The translations under genes were made by a program, and so were the position numbers. The notes under the pieces were generated by a model. That model saw nothing but the letters and a program-made list of their open reading frames with translations, was not told the origin of the DNA and ran no database searches. A stretch of DNA of 32,000 bases, taken from assembly GCF_001457595.1 (NCBI RefSeq), contig NZ_LN831039.1:6600001-6632000 (forward strand), read 5' to 3'. This document shows, piece by piece, positions 1 through 8,031 of this stretch; within the stretch, counting starts at the first letter, position 1, and every line of letters begins with the position of its first letter. The stretch is from Mycolicibacterium smegmatis. GTDB lineage: Bacteria; Actinomycetota; Actinomycetes; Mycobacteriales; Mycobacteriaceae.

Positions 1-290
1 GCGTCTGCGAGAGCAGCCGAGACCGAGGCCGCCCACGCCGGGGCGGCGGCTGCCGGTAGTGCAGCCACCTCGAACGCCGACCACAGATCAGGCGGCAGCG
101 TCTCATCGAACCCTTCCGGGCACACTCCGGAGTACCCGACGCGCGATACGACCATCTTGGCGACCGTGGTCCCCGCGACGTGGTCGAGCACACCCTGGCG
201 GTCTTCACCGTCCCACAGCAACGCCGCCGTGGCCGCAGAAATGGTCTGTTCGGCTGCGCGCTCTAAAATCGCCCAGTCAACTGCCATCAT
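1..290 (-). CDS. Hypothetical protein, 5' part only (runs off left edge), MMAVDWAILERAAEQTISAATAALLWDGEDRQG...
   Basis: Open reverse-strand frame from ATG at 290 to the window edge; start overlaps the stop of the upstream 837-aa CDS (ATGA), indicating coupling. Confidence 0.65.
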   Translation of the reverse strand, partial: MMAVDWAILERAAEQTISAATAALLWDGEDRQGVLDHVAGTTVAKMVVSRVGYSGVCPEGFDETLPPDLWSAFEVAALPAAAAPAWAASVSAALAD

Positions 291-2800
291 GATCCCCCGC
301 CCCATGGGGTGCTCACGATCTGCATCGCCAGATAAGCGATGTCGGCATACTTGATGTCCGGGCCGTTGTCCGGGTTCCACAACAGCAACAGTTCAGTCAG
401 ACGAGCCAAATCGTGGCAGGCCAACACATACGGCGAGGCCACCTCGTTGCCGGCTAACCACCCCGGCCGCATGGCAGAGCCGTTCGCCGCCGCGGTCACC
501 GATTCCGCCTCCAGTGCTCTCCACCGATCGTGTGACACCGGCAACCCGTTGCCCAATAGCTGCAGAATCTCCCGAATCACCGGCGACACCGCAAGATCTC
601 GAACCGATCCCGCACGCCCCAACGCCATTTCAGCCGCCGACAGCGTTGTGCGCCACGCTTCGGATCGGTCCGGCAGTGGGCCCTCACCGAATCCGGTCAG
701 CCGAGCGTATTCGGCACGGTTCAAGGTCTCCAACCGGTGGCTGTGTGTGTCGTCGAGCGGTGAGGGCGGCGCACCATCAGAGATCGGCGACAGAGACCGC
801 GAGCAGTCTTCATAGTGCTCGATCACCGACCGCGCCGGCATCGATGAGCCCCCGAGATCCGTCGAGACCGCCAACGCCCACAACTCGATATCCGAACGGT
901 GCTCAGAGGCCAACTTCGCATACGCCAGCATCGTCTCGGCCGGATTCGCCCAACTGAACCACCGCGCCCGAAACTCTGGTGGGAGCCCGCCATCGGCGAA
1001 CAACATCCGCGCCGACCGCGGCACAAACACCCCCGCTGGGAGGTAACCGGCACCCTCGCTGTTGACGATCAACGTCTCCACACCCGAGGACGTGCGGAAC
1101 ACACCCACACACCAATCCATGTACGGATACGCCCTGGAATCGTGCAACAGCTGATACAGCAACTGAGAAGCACTCGCCAGCAACGGGTCTGGCAGCGAGG
1201 AGCGGATCGCTTCGCTCGCAGCTCCCGCCGAAGCGCCCACACCGGAGCCCACCACCCCCGGCGGCAACGGCGCCACCGGGCCGGCAGAAGACCCACCACC
1301 ACCAGTCGGTGCGGTCGGCGCCGGCGCAGGACCGGCCGACGGTGTCACCGCGGCAGCCGGTGTCGCAGACCGCGCCACATCAGACCCGAACGGCGGCAGC
1401 GGCCCCATCGGGGCCGCCGGCACACCCGCCGAACCCACAGACCCCACCCCAGGACTTGCCGGCGCCGAAGACGGAACCGCCGGAGCCGACGACGCAGCCG
1501 AACCCGCAGCGACCGTCGACGGCGTCGCCCCCGCCGGAGCCGAAGGCACCCCAGAGGGAACAGCACTACCCGGTGAGCCCGTCGGCTGCGGAGAAACCGG
1601 CGGTGCAAATGTCGCCGGTCCGCCACCAGCGCTCAAACCAGCGCTCAAACCACGAGAAAAGTCCGACGGCGCACCAGCCGATGTCGACAACGGCGACTGC
1701 GGAAGGCCGCCGGCCCCCGGTACACCGCCACTGCTGGGCATGCCCGCACTGCCCAAACCGCCCGGCGAGCTCAACCCCTGAGTCGGCAGCCCGCCCGAAC
1801 CCAAACCGCTTGGCGCCGACGGCATCTTCGGAACACCGCCACTACCAAGGCTGCCTGCCGACCCCAGAGACGAAGCAGACGAACCACCGCCACCACTCAC
1901 GGGCAGTGCTGTTGGTGCTGGAGGGCCATCCTCGCTTGACTGCAAGCCATGACCACGTCTGTCACTTGGTGTGGGTGTGGCCCCTTCACCTTGGCTGGTG
2001 GTTTGGGTGGGTAATTCTTGTTGATCTGCCCCGCTAGCTTCGTCGGAATCGGCGGAAAGTCCGCCCCCACGATGAGGTTTAACCCCGTCTTCCTCAGTTT
2101 CTGTTTGCATGTCGAGCGGAGACGCGGGGGGTTCGGTACCAGGGAATCTGCTGGTTGGCATGCCGTTGCTGCGAGGGCCACCGGGTCCGCGGCCGCCCAT
2201 TCCGACACCTTGGTTTGCGAGGTCGCGCAGTTCGGGGTCGACCGGGTCGGCGCCGCTTCCCTGCCCCTGGCCGCCACTTCCAAGTCCGGCCTCAGCAGCC
2301 TTCGCCGAAATTGCAGAAGTCACCTCGGCGGACTTCGCAGTCGCGGCGGCCCGGGCTGCCGCAACGATTTCCATGATCTGCGCGCCGCCGATAGCCGCGG
2401 GGAAGCCCTGCTGGATGGCCTCCATCACCTTTTTGATCGCCTCATGGGCTTCGGCGTCGATCTGGTCCAGGTCCTCGCGCAGCCCATAGACCAGGCGTGC
2501 GCACTCCTCGCACACTCGCGCGAACGTAAAGTAACGATCCGCCTGCGACGTGTAGATGCTGGCATAGTGGTTCACCTTGTGGACGAAGCCGTCGATCATG
2601 TGGCCCGACTGCTCAGATGCAACCTGATTGCCCGCCTCGCGGCAACTGTCAGCATTCGAAAGAAGATCGACACCCTTAGCGTGCTGAGCGTCAGCAGCCG
2701 ACTGGAAGTTCTGTGGATCCGTAAGAGGCCAAACGCCACCAAGAATCGCTGCTGAGAACTGCCGCTGCGGCATCCCTGCCGGCGCACTGACGCTTACCAC
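287..2800 (-). CDS. 837-aa ESX/WXG- or LXG-like N-terminal domain protein with long Pro/Ser/Gly/Ala-rich linker and distinct C-terminal domain
   Basis: Single long ORF; helical N-terminus (residues ~25-170), low-complexity linker (~190-520), folded C-terminus with Trp motifs. Family assignment is by recognition only. Confidence 0.75.
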   Translation of the reverse strand: MVSVSAPAGMPQRQFSAAILGGVWPLTDPQNFQSAADAQHAKGVDLLSNADSCREAGNQVASEQSGHMIDGFVHKVNHYASIYTSQADRYFTFARVCEECARLVYGLREDLDQIDAEAHEAIKKVMEAIQQGFPAAIGGAQIMEIVAAARAAATAKSAEVTSAISAKAAEAGLGSGGQGQGSGADPVDPELRDLANQGVGMGGRGPGGPRSNGMPTSRFPGTEPPASPLDMQTETEEDGVKPHRGGGLSADSDEASGADQQELPTQTTSQGEGATPTPSDRRGHGLQSSEDGPPAPTALPVSGGGGSSASSLGSAGSLGSGGVPKMPSAPSGLGSGGLPTQGLSSPGGLGSAGMPSSGGVPGAGGLPQSPLSTSAGAPSDFSRGLSAGLSAGGGPATFAPPVSPQPTGSPGSAVPSGVPSAPAGATPSTVAAGSAASSAPAVPSSAPASPGVGSVGSAGVPAAPMGPLPPFGSDVARSATPAAAVTPSAGPAPAPTAPTGGGGSSAGPVAPLPPGVVGSGVGASAGAASEAIRSSLPDPLLASASQLLYQLLHDSRAYPYMDWCVGVFRTSSGVETLIVNSEGAGYLPAGVFVPRSARMLFADGGLPPEFRARWFSWANPAETMLAYAKLASEHRSDIELWALAVSTDLGGSSMPARSVIEHYEDCSRSLSPISDGAPPSPLDDTHSHRLETLNRAEYARLTGFGEGPLPDRSEAWRTTLSAAEMALGRAGSVRDLAVSPVIREILQLLGNGLPVSHDRWRALEAESVTAAANGSAMRPGWLAGNEVASPYVLACHDLARLTELLLLWNPDNGPDIKYADIAYLAMQIVSTPWGGGS

Positions 2801-3384
2801 TTGATGCCTAGTGCGTCGCAGATCGAGAGTGGGCCGCCGTATGCCGACAAACTATCGGCCCAGATTGCCTTGTCGTATTCCTCCGGCGGGCCGGGACGTG
2901 CATTCCGGACATACAGAATCCGGTCGTCGATGAAACGTTGCAGAGTGCGCTGAAAGAAGGGATCAACATCGGGGTGCTGATCGAGTATTGGCTGTATGCG
3001 GTTCGCCCAATCTTCTGTATCCGAGCGGAATTTCGGTAGTGCAGCATCCCTAGCCGGTGTGCCAGGATCACCGGTGTTTCGCCAGGTGTTTGATGTCCGA
3101 TCGTCTTCGGCCATCAGCGGAGCGATGGCGGTGCACAGCGCGCGATCCGCCTCGGTGGTGTCCGAGGGTGTGGCGGTGGCTGGCTGATTCGGCTGAGTCG
3201 CTGCCACATCGGATGGTGCGGGTCGTGTCGCCAAGGCGACAATGCCGACAACCAACGCGGCAAGCGCCATCATCAAAGTGATCAGAGACATCCACGAGAA
3301 CCGTCGCTGGTTCGAAGGCTGTAGCTGCCCCGACGGAGCCCACTGCTGTGCGATGACTGGCTGTTGACCGTGCTGGGGGTCCAT
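2794..3384 (-). CDS. Small membrane-anchored protein (cytoplasmic N-terminus, one TM, extracytoplasmic domain)
   Basis: ORF with TM segment SLITLMMALAALVVGIVALA; overlaps the start of the downstream 837-aa CDS by 7 nt. Confidence 0.75.
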   Translation of the reverse strand: MDPQHGQQPVIAQQWAPSGQLQPSNQRRFSWMSLITLMMALAALVVGIVALATRPAPSDVAATQPNQPATATPSDTTEADRALCTAIAPLMAEDDRTSNTWRNTGDPGTPARDAALPKFRSDTEDWANRIQPILDQHPDVDPFFQRTLQRFIDDRILYVRNARPGPPEEYDKAIWADSLSAYGGPLSICDALGIKW

Positions 3385-3514
3385 TTGCCCAGCTTAAGAC
3401 ACTGCAAGGTTAGGTTCAGGCGCTGTTTCCGTCCTACCGAGGTCGACCGGACCGCCTTGCGGTGAGCTGATCACCGCAACCGGCAGCTAGAATCAGCCGA
3501 GAGGAGCAACCAGA

Positions 3515-3937
3515 ATGGCGGGCAACGAACTACTCGCTCAAGCCACCGTCATCCCCGACTACCACCAGGTGCGTTTCGCCGCACTCGGCGCGAGAAGCGT
3601 TCCTGAACTCGATGACTACCCCGTGGAGTTCATAGCCGACGGATCCAGCATCCACGTGTTCACCTTCGCCGACGACCAAGACGAACACGGCGATCGCACG
3701 GTCGATGTCTATGTCTACCGCGGCACCGACACCGCCGGGCTAGGACGACTCATCTTCGACGCACCTTTGGACTTTTCTCAACCCGAATGCACTTTCGGCA
3801 GTGGACTGTCAGCCGAGGATGACCGTCACCACGTTTCGCTGAGGCGCACGGGCTCCATCCCTATCCGCGTGCTCACACGAGAAACCCAGCCCGGCAACGG
3901 AACCGACATCATCAACGTCCTCATCGACGACAGCTAA
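3515..3937 (+). CDS. Hypothetical 140-aa protein; its 3' end and downstream sequence recur at ~6947
   Basis: Complete ORF; C-terminus ...DIINVLIDDS and ~100 bp of following sequence repeated 3 kb downstream. Confidence 0.6.
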   Translation: MAGNELLAQATVIPDYHQVRFAALGARSVPELDDYPVEFIADGSSIHVFTFADDQDEHGDRTVDVYVYRGTDTAGLGRLIFDAPLDFSQPECTFGSGLSAEDDRHHVSLRRTGSIPIRVLTRETQPGNGTDIINVLIDDS

Positions 3938-4240
3938 ATCGCCACAGATCTTCCATATCGCGAAACCGTCTCGTTTTCTAAAGAATCCGGGACGGTCAGA
4001 TCCTGTCTTCAGCTAGAGCCTCTTACCCGGGTTTGTGCGCGGTCGTACGACACGCACGCTATGTGGTCGTACTGGCAGCACTCGATCAACAGAGCCGGAC
4101 CGCATCGAACGGCTTCCTCATTCTCACCACCATGCCGCCTGTGAGCAAACACACAAAGAACGCCCGGCATGCCCACTGACGCATCGCTGAGTTGGTAGCT
4201 GAATGCAGGTCAGAACCGGTTGAAGTAATTTGCCTGAGCG
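3911..4240 (+). repeat. Direct repeat copy A (5' ~105 bp highly similar, remainder diverged)
   Basis: ATCAACGTCCTCATCGACGACAGCTAAATCGCCACAGATCTTCCATATCGCGAAACCGTCTCG... is nearly identical to 6947 onward; later GTGAGCAAAC and ATGCAGGT...ACCGGTT blocks are also shared. Confidence 0.8.
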
Positions 4241-4384
4241 GAAATCTATCCGGCGCACGCCCCGTCGCCACACCAGTCTTTTACCAGGTGATTGACGTTT
4301 GTCGATAGCGCTGCTTACAGTCCCGTCCAGCAGACAGCGAGATAGCTGACTGGTTTCTAGTGAGATTGCTGAACGGGGTATCGC

Positions 4385-6406
4385 ATGCGGGGGGACGGTA
4401 GCTGGATGCCGGGTGCAGGAAACTTCCTGCACGATGGTCGGCACAGTGTGTGGTTGGGCTGGCCGGCGCGTTGGCTGGCCGCGTTGTGCGCGGTGGCGCT
4501 CACCGTCGGCGGGCTGCACCTGCTGGCGCCCTTGCCGCCGAGCGGGGCCGACGAGGCGGCGCAGGGGTTCGCCGACGCCGCGATCGCCGCGTTCACCGAT
4601 TCGGCGGTGGGCTCGGACCCGACACTGACCGCCCCGGCGCGCCGCGCCGGATTACCTGACGACCCGGTGGCCGGGTTGACCTCCCCGACTCCCGCCGGGC
4701 CGGTGCAAGTGGTACTACCGGGCGGGCTCGGCAACGCCCAGCACACCGCAGGCGGGCAAGTCGTCTACCCGAACGCCGGTGCCGGGTTCGACCTGTTGGC
4801 CGAAAACACGGGGAGCGGTACCCGCACCGTGGCCCGGATCAGCGACCCGGGCGGGCCGCGGATGGTCACCACGTTCGTGCGCACCCCGGCCGACACCGTC
4901 ATGCTGGCCCACACCAACGGCTATCTGACCATCAACAAAGCCACTCCCACCGCCGAGACCATCGGCATGTTCTCCCCGGCCGAAACCCGCGACGCCACCG
5001 GCGCATTGGTGCCCAGCTCCTATGTCGTCAAACAACTCGCCCCGCAGTTGTATGTGCTCGCCGAAGTCATCGACCCCCAACCGCACACCACCTGGCCGGT
5101 CTACGCCGACCCACCCCTGCACCTGACCGGGCCCGGCGGGGTGCCGGTGGGCTTGTTCGATTCGTTCACCAACACCGTCAGCTCGCTCGCCGACACTGCG
5201 ACCTCGGCGGTCACCACCGTCGCCTCGGCCACCGTGTCCGGTGCCAAGGCCGTGGGTGGGTTCGTCAAGGAAAACCCACTGGAATCGGCTCTGCTCGTGG
5301 GTGGTGTCGCGTTGGCGGTCACCGGCGTCGGTGGCCCCGCGGGTGCTGCGATGATCGCCTCGGCCACCGTCAACATCTCCAGCGCCGCCGTCGACATCGC
5401 TGCCGCCGCCATGCCCGACAACCAGACCCTGGGCATCGCCTCCACGGTGCTCGGCGCCGCGTCCATGGTCACCCCGCAAGGCGCCGCCAAGAAGGCCGTC
5501 AAAGAAGGCGCCGAACTCGCCGCCGAACAACTGGGCAAGCACGCCGACGACGTCATCGACGTCGCCAAAACCACCCCCACCCCACCAGCACAACTCGCCG
5601 ACGAGGTAGCAGCCGCAGGCACCCCGAAACCCCCAGTCACACCTGGTGTCTCACCGAAAGCCCCCAACGCGCCCCCGGTCAAGGCTGCAGATTCGTCGCC
5701 GAACGCAATCCCGGGCGGGGAGCAGAGCTGGGCGATGGCACCTGCGCCCAACGACAGGCGATTGAGCACCGACATCACCTCGCGCGTGCCGCTACGAAAA
5801 GGCACTAAGCAGCAAGTCCGCGACACTCATCCGTTCCACGACAGCGACGGCACTCCGCTCGATCCGCACACGTTTGAGCGGATTGAAGGGACGCCGCACT
5901 TCGGGCACAAACCAGAGTTCAAGGATGAGACGTCGCGGAAGATGACCGAGAAGTACGGGTTATCGCGTCGTGAGCGGGTCGAATGGGAAAACGTTCCCGA
6001 CCACTACCAACTCGAGAAGCCGCTCGAAAACAGTGGCCACAAGCACGAAATCCCGTACCGGCCAGGCGATGAAGACAAACTGTATGACAAGTTCGTGGAC
6101 TGGTCGCGCAAAGAGATCCATACCAACCCCCGGCTGGCCAAGGATCCCACGGCGCAGCGTCGAGCTAGCCTGGCCCGTCCGACGGGCCCAGACCAGAAAC
6201 GGCAAGTTCAGCATGTTCGCGCGGAGCAGACCACGAATAGGGTGCGCGATACAGCACGTGATAGCGCCCGCGATGCCAACCAATCCAGAAGCCGAAGCGG
6301 CAGTGACTCAGGATCGAAATCCAGTGGTAAATCGTCGGATAAGAAGTCCGATAAGAAGAAGGACAAGAAGAGCAAGAAGCATCACAAGAAGCCGTCCGGG
6401 AAGTGA
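4385..6406 (+). CDS. Polymorphic toxin-like secreted/membrane protein with C-terminal GH-E type HNH/EndoVII-superfamily nuclease domain and Lys/Ser-rich tail
   Basis: 673-aa ORF; N-terminal hydrophobic signal-like segment (WLAALCAVALTVGGLHLLAPL); second hydrophobic stretch ~5281-5480; C-terminal motif HFGHKPEFKDETSRKMTEKYGLSRRERVEWENVPDHYQLEKPLENSGHKHE matching the Gly-His/His-x-x-Glu pattern of GH-E nucleases; tail KKSDKKKDKKSKKHHKKPSGK. Confidence 0.75.
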   Translation: MRGDGSWMPGAGNFLHDGRHSVWLGWPARWLAALCAVALTVGGLHLLAPLPPSGADEAAQGFADAAIAAFTDSAVGSDPTLTAPARRAGLPDDPVAGLTSPTPAGPVQVVLPGGLGNAQHTAGGQVVYPNAGAGFDLLAENTGSGTRTVARISDPGGPRMVTTFVRTPADTVMLAHTNGYLTINKATPTAETIGMFSPAETRDATGALVPSSYVVKQLAPQLYVLAEVIDPQPHTTWPVYADPPLHLTGPGGVPVGLFDSFTNTVSSLADTATSAVTTVASATVSGAKAVGGFVKENPLESALLVGGVALAVTGVGGPAGAAMIASATVNISSAAVDIAAAAMPDNQTLGIASTVLGAASMVTPQGAAKKAVKEGAELAAEQLGKHADDVIDVAKTTPTPPAQLADEVAAAGTPKPPVTPGVSPKAPNAPPVKAADSSPNAIPGGEQSWAMAPAPNDRRLSTDITSRVPLRKGTKQQVRDTHPFHDSDGTPLDPHTFERIEGTPHFGHKPEFKDETSRKMTEKYGLSRRERVEWENVPDHYQLEKPLENSGHKHEIPYRPGDEDKLYDKFVDWSRKEIHTNPRLAKDPTAQRRASLARPTGPDQKRQVQHVRAEQTTNRVRDTARDSARDANQSRSRSGSDSGSKSSGKSSDKKSDKKKDKKSKKHHKKPSGK

Positions 6407-6539
6407 CAACGACTGCGACAAGGTGAAGTCGGCCCGGGTGGTCGCGCGACCCGTCCGTCGTCACGAGTAGGTGAGATGCTACATGGGCGAGGCAACGGGC
6501 ATACTCGCGCTGCGAAGGTATTGGAAAGGGTGGAATCCG

Positions 6540-6941
6540 GTGGCCAAGAGTGCTCTGCATACGTCGGCGGGCCTTGACCTTGTTGATGATTTGCGTCGAG
6601 AAATCGTTGATGGGCTCGACATCAACGAAGCCGACGAGGCCGGACTGACTCCTCTACACCACGCCTGCATTCACTGGAGCTACGAATCCGCCAAGATCCT
6701 CCTGGAAGCCGGAGCTGATGTCGACCCCCGAGACCAATGGGGTAACACACCGTTACTGCGGGTGGTCGGCAGCCGAGACGACAGCTTGGCATGGGTCACA
6801 TTGCTGCTCGAATACGGCGCTAACCCAACGATCGAGAACAACTACGGACACTCCCCGCTTAGCAACGCGAAACGAATGCAGGGAACCGAACGGTTGCTTC
6901 CGGCGCTTGAAGAAGCGCAGAAGCGATTTACCGCGCAATAG
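6540..6941 (+). CDS. Ankyrin-repeat protein, putative immunity protein for the upstream toxin
   Basis: Ankyrin motifs AGLTPLHHACIHWSYESAKILLEAGADVDPRDQWGNTPL; GTG start at 6540 (VAKSALH) chosen by analogy with the second copy (MARTPLH); ORF frame opens at 6471. Confidence 0.75.
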   Translation: MAKSALHTSAGLDLVDDLRREIVDGLDINEADEAGLTPLHHACIHWSYESAKILLEAGADVDPRDQWGNTPLLRVVGSRDDSLAWVTLLLEYGANPTIENNYGHSPLSNAKRMQGTERLLPALEEAQKRFTAQ

Positions 6942-6946
6942 GCGTA

Positions 6947-7240
6947 ATCAACGTCATCATCGACGACAGCTAGATCGCCACAGATCTTCGATATCGCGAA
7001 ACTGTCTCGTTTCTAAAGAACCGAGGACGATCAGATCCTGTCTCAGCTAGACGCCTCATTCGCGCCGTCACGCTCTTGTGGCAGGTGTTCGATAGTGCGA
7101 TTCGAGCACAGACGGATCGCAGCTGGTCCGCACTCGTTTCTAAATGCGACTGTGAGCAAACGCACTCACAATGGCAACCACATTGGCTGGCGCATCGTTT
7201 GATGAGTAGCTACATGCAGGTAGGGACCGGTTTCATAACA
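6947..7240 (+). repeat. Direct repeat copy B, carrying only the last codons (INVIIDDS*) of the 140-aa gene
   Basis: Near-identical to 3911-4015, then diverged. Confidence 0.8.
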
Positions 7241-7545
7241 ACGAGTACAAGGGTTGGCTGAAACCGCAGGTTGATCAGGGCAATAAGCGGTTGGCCAAGG
7301 ATCCCACCGCGCAGCGGCGGCTCCGACAGGAAGCGGGCCCTAGCCAATCCAGCGCCGACACTCAACGCGACACCGCGCGTGAATCAGCACGCACCGCCGA
7401 CAACAACGAATCGGCCAATAATAGCGATTCCAAGCCGCGTGACAACGCAAATGGTAAGAGCAAGGAAAACAAAAAGAACGACAAGAAAAAAGAGAAGAAG
7501 AAAGACAAGAAGAGCAAGAATCACCACAAGAAACCCGGCAAGTGA
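7210..7545 (+). pseudogene. Orphan toxin C-terminal fragment sharing LAKDPTAQRR linker and Lys-rich tail with the 673-aa protein
   Basis: Open frame LHAGRDRFHNNEYKGWLKPQVDQGNKRLAKDPTAQRRLRQEAG...KKEKKKDKKSKNHHKKPGK*; LAKDPTAQRR and ending ...KKDKKSK(K/N)HHKKP(S)GK are shared; no N-terminal secretion region. Confidence 0.7.
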
Positions 7546-7603
7546 CCAAGTCATCGTGCACCAGGTCATCGCCAAGACTGATTGAGATGGGAAGCTGATC
7601 GCT

Positions 7604-8008
7604 ATGGCTCGCACACCGTTGCACATGTTCGGGATGAAATACCGCCGCGACGAGTACCTGGCGTTGATCGCCAGCGGCGAACACGACGTCAACGCCCAAG
7701 ACCTCGACGGTAAGACGCCGCTGCACTATGCGACCGAGCAGGAACAGTCGGAGATCGTGCACGCGTTGTTGGACGCCGGGGCTGATCCGAACGTTCAAGA
7801 ACGCATCTACGGCAATACCCCGCTATCGCAGGCGGTCCTTGAGATTGTCGAGCCCGGGGATCCGGTGATCGTCAAGATGCTCGACCACGGAGCCGACCCC
7901 ACCATCGCCAACAACTACGGCCACTCCGCGCTATCTTCCGCGCGCAGCATCGGCCGTAGCTGTGTGCCGCTGCTTGAAGCCGCCGCAGCCAAAAACAAGC
8001 AGGACTGA
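7604..8008 (+). CDS. Second ankyrin-repeat protein, diverged paralogue of 6540-6941
   Basis: DLDGKTPLHYATEQEQSEIVHALLDAGADPNVQERIYGNTPL ankyrin repeats; shares NNYGHSxLSxAR with the first copy. Confidence 0.8.
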   Translation: MARTPLHMFGMKYRRDEYLALIASGEHDVNAQDLDGKTPLHYATEQEQSEIVHALLDAGADPNVQERIYGNTPLSQAVLEIVEPGDPVIVKMLDHGADPTIANNYGHSALSSARSIGRSCVPLLEAAAAKNKQD

Positions 8009-8031
8009 AATGGACCTCGGCAGAGCAATGA

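Noticed and set aside
899-2037. Plus-strand ORFs 899..1576 and 1309..2037, Arg- or Pro-rich
   Set aside because: Antisense or shadow frames of the low-complexity linker of the 837-aa protein.
6300-6406. Lys/Ser-codon repeats considered as CRISPR or satellite
   Set aside because: Short irregular coding repeats with no uniform spacer structure; explained by the basic protein tail.
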